Origin: an uncultured bacterium
GTDB taxonomy: Bacteria > Patescibacteriota > Minisyncoccia > Phycocordibacterales > GWA1-40-21
Direction: 5' to 3'
Assembly (NCBI GenBank): GCA_903850545.1
Contig: CAINLW010000009.1
Coordinates: 2,311-66,310, forward strand
Length of the DNA: 64,000 nt
Shown: piece by piece, positions 60,117 through 64,000 of the stretch
Numbering within the stretch: the first letter of the stretch is position 1
How the letters are laid out: each line of letters begins with the position of its first letter
Position numbers and translations under genes: made by a program
Notes under the pieces: generated by a model
The model's database searches: none
Told to the model about the DNA's origin: nothing
What the model saw: only the letters and a program-made list of their open reading frames with translations

Positions 60117-60229
60117 TTAAAACCATCTTATAGACTTGTGATTGTTTTGTTAACTCTAGAGAGATCGAGCCAAAATAAGGTCACTAATGTAACTATTCTA
60201 TATTTGCATTAATTTGATACAATAATCAA

Positions 60230-61843
60230 ATGAAGCAGCTTACAAAAACAGATTTTATATCATACAAAGAGTGTCCAAATAATGTTTGGATAAAATGGCA
60301 TATGCCGGAAGAATATGCAAAATTTCCTGTTTCTGAATTTGAACAATCGCTTGGAGAAATGGGAAATGAGGTTGAAGAATTGGCGCGTGATATGTTTCCA
60401 AATGGCTATTTAATTGAAAAAAGAAGCGAGGGCGCACAGGAACTCACGATGAAGTTGATGAGCGAGCATACGCCCATCATTTATCAGGCAGTGTTTAGTA
60501 CTGACAAATATTTAGCTGCAACAGATGTTATACACTGGAATGAAAAAGCTAGTGCTTATGACCTTTATGAAATTAAAATGTCTTCTACAGAAGGCGAGGA
60601 CCTGCCTGCGCAGGCAGGCGAAATAACAGATGATAACACTCCGCCAAAAGTAAATAAAAAAAGAGAAACTCAATATGAGTATGACCTCGCATTTCAAACA
60701 AATGTCGCTAAACTTTGTGGTGTAAATTTTAATAAAAAATATCTTGTTCGACTAAATAAAAAATATGTAAGAAGTGGGGAATTAGATTTTTCTAAATTAT
60801 TCGAAATAACAGATAAAACTGAAGTATTAAATGACATTTTTCTTTCTGTGACATCAACAGAAATGAATTCGGCTTATGAATATCTTTCAAACACGAAACA
60901 ATCCATTAAAAGGTGTCCGTGTTATTACAAAGGACGTTCGTCACATTGCACAACTTTTAGTATCAGCAACCCTGACGTGCCCATATACAGTGTTCATGAT
61001 TTAAACAGAATTGGAAATAGTAAAAAATATTTAAGTGAGCTTTTAAATGAAGGTGTAATGGAAATAGATAAAGTTCCAGAAGACGATAGGCTAAAACCAA
61101 AACAAAAGAAAAGTGGAGAACTAAGCAAGCCTAAAAAATTAAACCAAGTCAGAGTTTATAAAACAAAAGAACCCATTGTCGATATAATTTCTATTAAAAA
61201 AGAACTGGATTCACTAAAATATCCTTTGTATTTTTTAGATTACGAGACCTCACCTCGAGCAATTCCTCTCTATAATGGTTATCGTCCGTACCAACATGTA
61301 GTTTTTCAATATTCATTGCATATTTTAAAAAACAAAGATGCTAAACTTGAACATAAAGAATGTTTGATACTTGATGGGGATCCTGCTGAAAGATTGGTTG
61401 CAAGTTTAAGAAATGCTATTGGAGAAACTGGAAGTGTTATTTCTTGGTATAAAAGTTTTGAAAATTCTCGTAACAAAGAATTGGCAAATTTAGTGCCAGC
61501 TCAATATGATTTTCTTTACAGTGTCATCAATCGCACATATGACCTAATGGACATCGTCGATAAGCAATACTTTGTTCATCATGGTTTCAAAGGAAGTTCA
61601 TCGATTAAAAAAATACAGCCGGTTATTGCTCCAGATTTTTCATACAAAGAACTTGATGTACACAATGGAACAGACGCGATAGAGGCTTATAGACAAATAT
61701 CTAGCGGTGAATTAGTTGGTAAAGATGCTGAAGAAAAAAGACTGGCAATGCTTAAATACTGCGAATACGATACTAAAATTATGTATATAATATGGAAATA
61801 TTTCACTGATTTGATTGAAAATGAGCTTTTGCCAGATAAATAG
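60230..61843 (+). CDS. Cas4/RecB-like PD-(D/E)xK nuclease-like N-terminal region with a Cys cluster, plus a C-terminal DUF2779-like region; tentative
   Basis: N-terminal YKECP. DVIH..YDLYEIK (D..ExK). Cys cluster CPCYYKGRSSHC. C-terminal YFLDYETS segment. Confidence 0.35.
   Translation: MKQLTKTDFISYKECPNNVWIKWHMPEEYAKFPVSEFEQSLGEMGNEVEELARDMFPNGYLIEKRSEGAQELTMKLMSEHTPIIYQAVFSTDKYLAATDVIHWNEKASAYDLYEIKMSSTEGEDLPAQAGEITDDNTPPKVNKKRETQYEYDLAFQTNVAKLCGVNFNKKYLVRLNKKYVRSGELDFSKLFEITDKTEVLNDIFLSVTSTEMNSAYEYLSNTKQSIKRCPCYYKGRSSHCTTFSISNPDVPIYSVHDLNRIGNSKKYLSELLNEGVMEIDKVPEDDRLKPKQKKSGELSKPKKLNQVRVYKTKEPIVDIISIKKELDSLKYPLYFLDYETSPRAIPLYNGYRPYQHVVFQYSLHILKNKDAKLEHKECLILDGDPAERLVASLRNAIGETGSVISWYKSFENSRNKELANLVPAQYDFLYSVINRTYDLMDIVDKQYFVHHGFKGSSSIKKIQPVIAPDFSYKELDVHNGTDAIEAYRQISSGELVGKDAEEKRLAMLKYCEYDTKIMYIIWKYFTDLIENELLPDK
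60599..60619. repeat. Second copy of the 21-nt palindromic insert (encodes DLPAQAG in-frame)
   Basis: gacctgcctgcgcaggcaggc, identical to 56374-56394. Confidence 0.85.
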
Positions 61844-62017
61844 GGATTTGTACCAAAACCTCACAAAAAGGCCCAAATTAGGCCAAATATTGCGTATTAG
61901 AGGCATAATTTACTCAAAATTCATCAATTAAAGTGGTTTGACCAAAGGCCAAACCGCTTTTCTGTTTTTTAAAAAAATTAAACATTTACTTACCTTGAAT
62001 CACGAATCTCCCTTTTC

Positions 62018-62192
62018 TGTCATCCTCGCTTCGGCAGGGTTGAAGTTGGGATGGGACCCAACTTCAAGGACGGACTGAGCGGAGGCGAAGGAGTCGGGGT
62101 CGCGAGATTTTTCAGCTGAAAAATACTTGTGATCCAGATTAATTGAATTAAAATGCGATACAACCTGGATCCCCGCATCCGCGAGGATGACA
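62018..62192. other. GC-rich structured element with 12-bp terminal inverted repeats and nested palindromes; candidate miniature mobile element or structured RNA
   Basis: Terminal inverted repeats tgtcatcctcgc (62018-62029) and gcgaggatgaca (62181-62192). Internal hairpin ttgaagttggg..cccaacttcaa. Perfect palindrome atttttcag|ctgaaaaat. gatccagatt..aacctggatc. Confidence 0.4.
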
Positions 62193-62217
62193 ATTCGGAG
62201 AGTTTCGTAATTCACAG

Positions 62218-63009
62218 TTACTTAACTATCAAATCCAAAATATCTTTTACGTTTTGTAATGGTAACGCACCATTTATAACAATCTTTTTGTTTGAATCTG
62301 AAACTGAAACAAAAACATTACCGTCGCTATCAATCAAACTATTTTTAGAAATATATTCATCTATTTGGTTTTTTACTTCTGAGGTTATAGATGTTTTTAA
62401 TAAAATAACATTATAAGGAGTAGATCGTGCTCCAGCATTTACACCATCTTGAAAATTTTCTGCAACAAGATTCGCATATTTACCAGAATTTAAACATTCA
62501 TTAAATTTTGTAACATCAATACCAACATTTTTTGCAAATTCAGGAAGTTTACTAGCATCAAGTCCATTGTTGGAAGGAGTATTGGCATAAATCATATCCA
62601 ACATTTTCCAAAAAGTAGTATTTCCACCTAGTTCATTCGCACATTCCGTAGATTCAGCTTCTTTTCTTGATTTTGAATGTAATTCATCAATGGGAAAATG
62701 TCTATATACCCAAGCAACTTTTCCTTCTTTTCCGTATGTGTTCATAATATTTTGCATTGTGTTTTGAAATATTCTACAAAAAGGACACTCGGTGTCAGAA
62801 AATTCTACAATAACTGCCTCAGCATTCGGGTTACCTAAAATATGATCAGTACTTGATACTGGATTAATATTAATATCTGATTGAAAAGAAGAATTATTAT
62901 TTACCAAAGATGGCTTATTATTTTTAGAATAATAAATTCCACCAGCAACCATAAGGCCGATAAAGATAATAAAAGCTGGAATATAATAACTGTTTTTTGA
63001 TTCCTCCAT
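62218..63009 (-). CDS. DsbA-like thiol:disulfide oxidoreductase (thioredoxin fold), membrane-anchored
   Basis: N-terminal transmembrane segment. CPFC active site in SDTECPFCRIF. Confidence 0.65.
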   Translation of the reverse strand: MEESKNSYYIPAFIIFIGLMVAGGIYYSKNNKPSLVNNNSSFQSDININPVSSTDHILGNPNAEAVIVEFSDTECPFCRIFQNTMQNIMNTYGKEGKVAWVYRHFPIDELHSKSRKEAESTECANELGGNTTFWKMLDMIYANTPSNNGLDASKLPEFAKNVGIDVTKFNECLNSGKYANLVAENFQDGVNAGARSTPYNVILLKTSITSEVKNQIDEYISKNSLIDSDGNVFVSVSDSNKKIVINGALPLQNVKDILDLIVK

Positions 63010-63142
63010 AATTTGTTAGATAATTATAACACGTAAATTTTATTTTAAATAATAAAATATTTAAATTTATTCAATACAAACTTAAAAACAATCAGTATAT
63101 TTCATCTTGCAAAAGTTTTAATTTTCGTGTAGTATATTTCTC

Positions 63143-63460
63143 ATGGAATTCGCAGTTATAAAAACAGGTGGAAAACAATACAAAGTTTCAAAAGGTGATT
63201 CTATAAAGATAGAAAAGCTTTCTGATACTGCTAAAGTTGGTGATAAAGTCGCTTTTGAAGAGGTGTTGTTGGTAGATAATGGAAAAGATACTACAGTTGG
63301 TGCACCGTTCATAAAAGGAGCAAAAGTTGAAGCAACAATAGCTGAAATAGGAAAACTTCCAACGGTTACTGTAATTCATTACAAACAGAAGAGCAGATAC
63401 TTCAAGAAAAACGGACACAGACAACCATTCTTCAAAGTCACAATCGATTCAATAAAGTAA
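63143..63460 (+). CDS. rplU: Ribosomal protein bL21
   Basis: MEFAVIKTGGKQYKVSKGD. Confidence 0.85.
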   Translation: MEFAVIKTGGKQYKVSKGDSIKIEKLSDTAKVGDKVAFEEVLLVDNGKDTTVGAPFIKGAKVEATIAEIGKLPTVTVIHYKQKSRYFKKNGHRQPFFKVTIDSIK

Positions 63461-63483
63461 AAATAGAACACATAAATTCAAAA

Positions 63484-63517
63484 AAGTCGCGCATTTTAAG
63501 CGCGACTTTTTATTTTT
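63484..63517 (+). terminator. Rho-independent terminator after rplU
   Basis: aagtcgcgc-attttaa-gcgcgactt followed by a T-run. Confidence 0.7.
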
Positions 63518-63594
63518 AATTTGATAAAATATTGTAGTATTTAAATTTTCGTAGGATTTCGTTATTATTCGTAGTTTTTATTTTCGCATATTAA

Positions 63595-64000
63595 ATGAAA
63601 AGCAAATCTCATAAATACATCTTTGTTATTGGAGGAGTTATGTCAGGTGTCGGTAAAGGTATTGCAACTTCTTCCATCGGAGCAATTCTACAGTCAAAAG
63701 GTTTTGTTGTGAATCTTCTAAAAGCCGATCCATATTTAAATGTGGACGCAGGTACCATGAATCCAGTTGAACACGGAGAGGTCTTTGTTCTTGATTCTGG
63801 ACTCGAAACAGATCAAGACATGGGAAATTATGAAAGATTTTTAAACAGAAGTCTTTCAGGAGATGATTACATAACATCAGGAATGGTTTACAAACATGTT
63901 ATTGATGCCGAAAGAGCTCTCAAATATGGTGGAAAATGTGTTGAAGCGATTCCACACATTAGAGACGAAATAGTTCATCGTTTTGAGAAATCTGCAAAAG
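63595..64000 (+). CDS. pyrG: CTP synthase, N-terminal part (runs off the window end)
   Basis: MKSKSHKYIFVIGGVMSGVGKGIATSSIGAIL..DPYLNVDAGTMNPVEHGEVFV. Not in the ORF track because no stop falls within the window. Confidence 0.8.
   Translation, partial: MKSKSHKYIFVIGGVMSGVGKGIATSSIGAILQSKGFVVNLLKADPYLNVDAGTMNPVEHGEVFVLDSGLETDQDMGNYERFLNRSLSGDDYITSGMVYKHVIDAERALKYGGKCVEAIPHIRDEIVHRFEKSAK

Noticed and set aside
62000-62416. ORFs 62000..62215 (-) and 62153..62416 (+)
   Set aside because: They sit inside the GC-rich inverted-repeat element and overlap the 3' end of the DsbA-like gene. No coding features.
1-64000. CRISPR array
   Set aside because: No run of regularly spaced direct repeats was seen anywhere. 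The only short direct repeats are the 16-mers at 6618-6660 (two copies) and the (ATT)7 microsatellite.

Overview
This is an AT-rich window (GC looks like roughly 30-35% by eye) read in the standard genetic code. Its genes are short and tightly packed, including an unusually short rpoB of 1071 aa. That pattern fits a reduced-genome bacterium such as a Patescibacteria/CPR-like lineage, but the lineage call is inference. Core genes run through the window. On the left are def (partial), dus, dnaX, an M29 aminopeptidase, purA, an ITPase, a pgl-gnd-zwf oxidative pentose-phosphate operon, tRNA-Gln, and a VanX-like, Nudix, S51-peptidase and HIT cluster. On the right are rpoB-rpoC-dnaG-rpoD, a histidine phosphatase, a DsbA-like oxidoreductase, rplU and the start of pyrG. 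Between about 19.9 and 38 kb lies an accessory, prophage-like region. It holds two paralogous repeat-protein genes that share an identical upstream 27-mer, and a winged-helix/degenerate-Nudix regulator. It also holds a 2H-phosphoesterase-like gene, a large serine recombinase, a secreted HNH nuclease, and TerS/TerL with a ParB-methyltransferase. A tight four-gene cassette of unknowns sits there too, with a PD-(D/E)xK-like C-terminal domain in its first protein, a Zn-ribbon protein and a small membrane protein. A GC-rich gene with a perfect Shine-Dalgarno sequence and an MBL-fold hydrolase complete the region. Several sequence-level oddities stand out. An identical 21-nt palindromic insert lies in-frame in dnaG and in an unrelated nuclease-like gene. 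A dispersed ~140-bp hairpin repeat family has two full copies and one partial copy. Several GC-rich, heavily self-complementary intergenic islands occur in an otherwise AT-rich genome. One of them has its own promoter and terminator directly upstream of dnaX, and another carries terminal inverted repeats. A perfect 34-bp palindrome sits upstream of a U32 peptidase gene and downstream of a cysteine-rich small ORF. No CRISPR array and no rRNA were seen.
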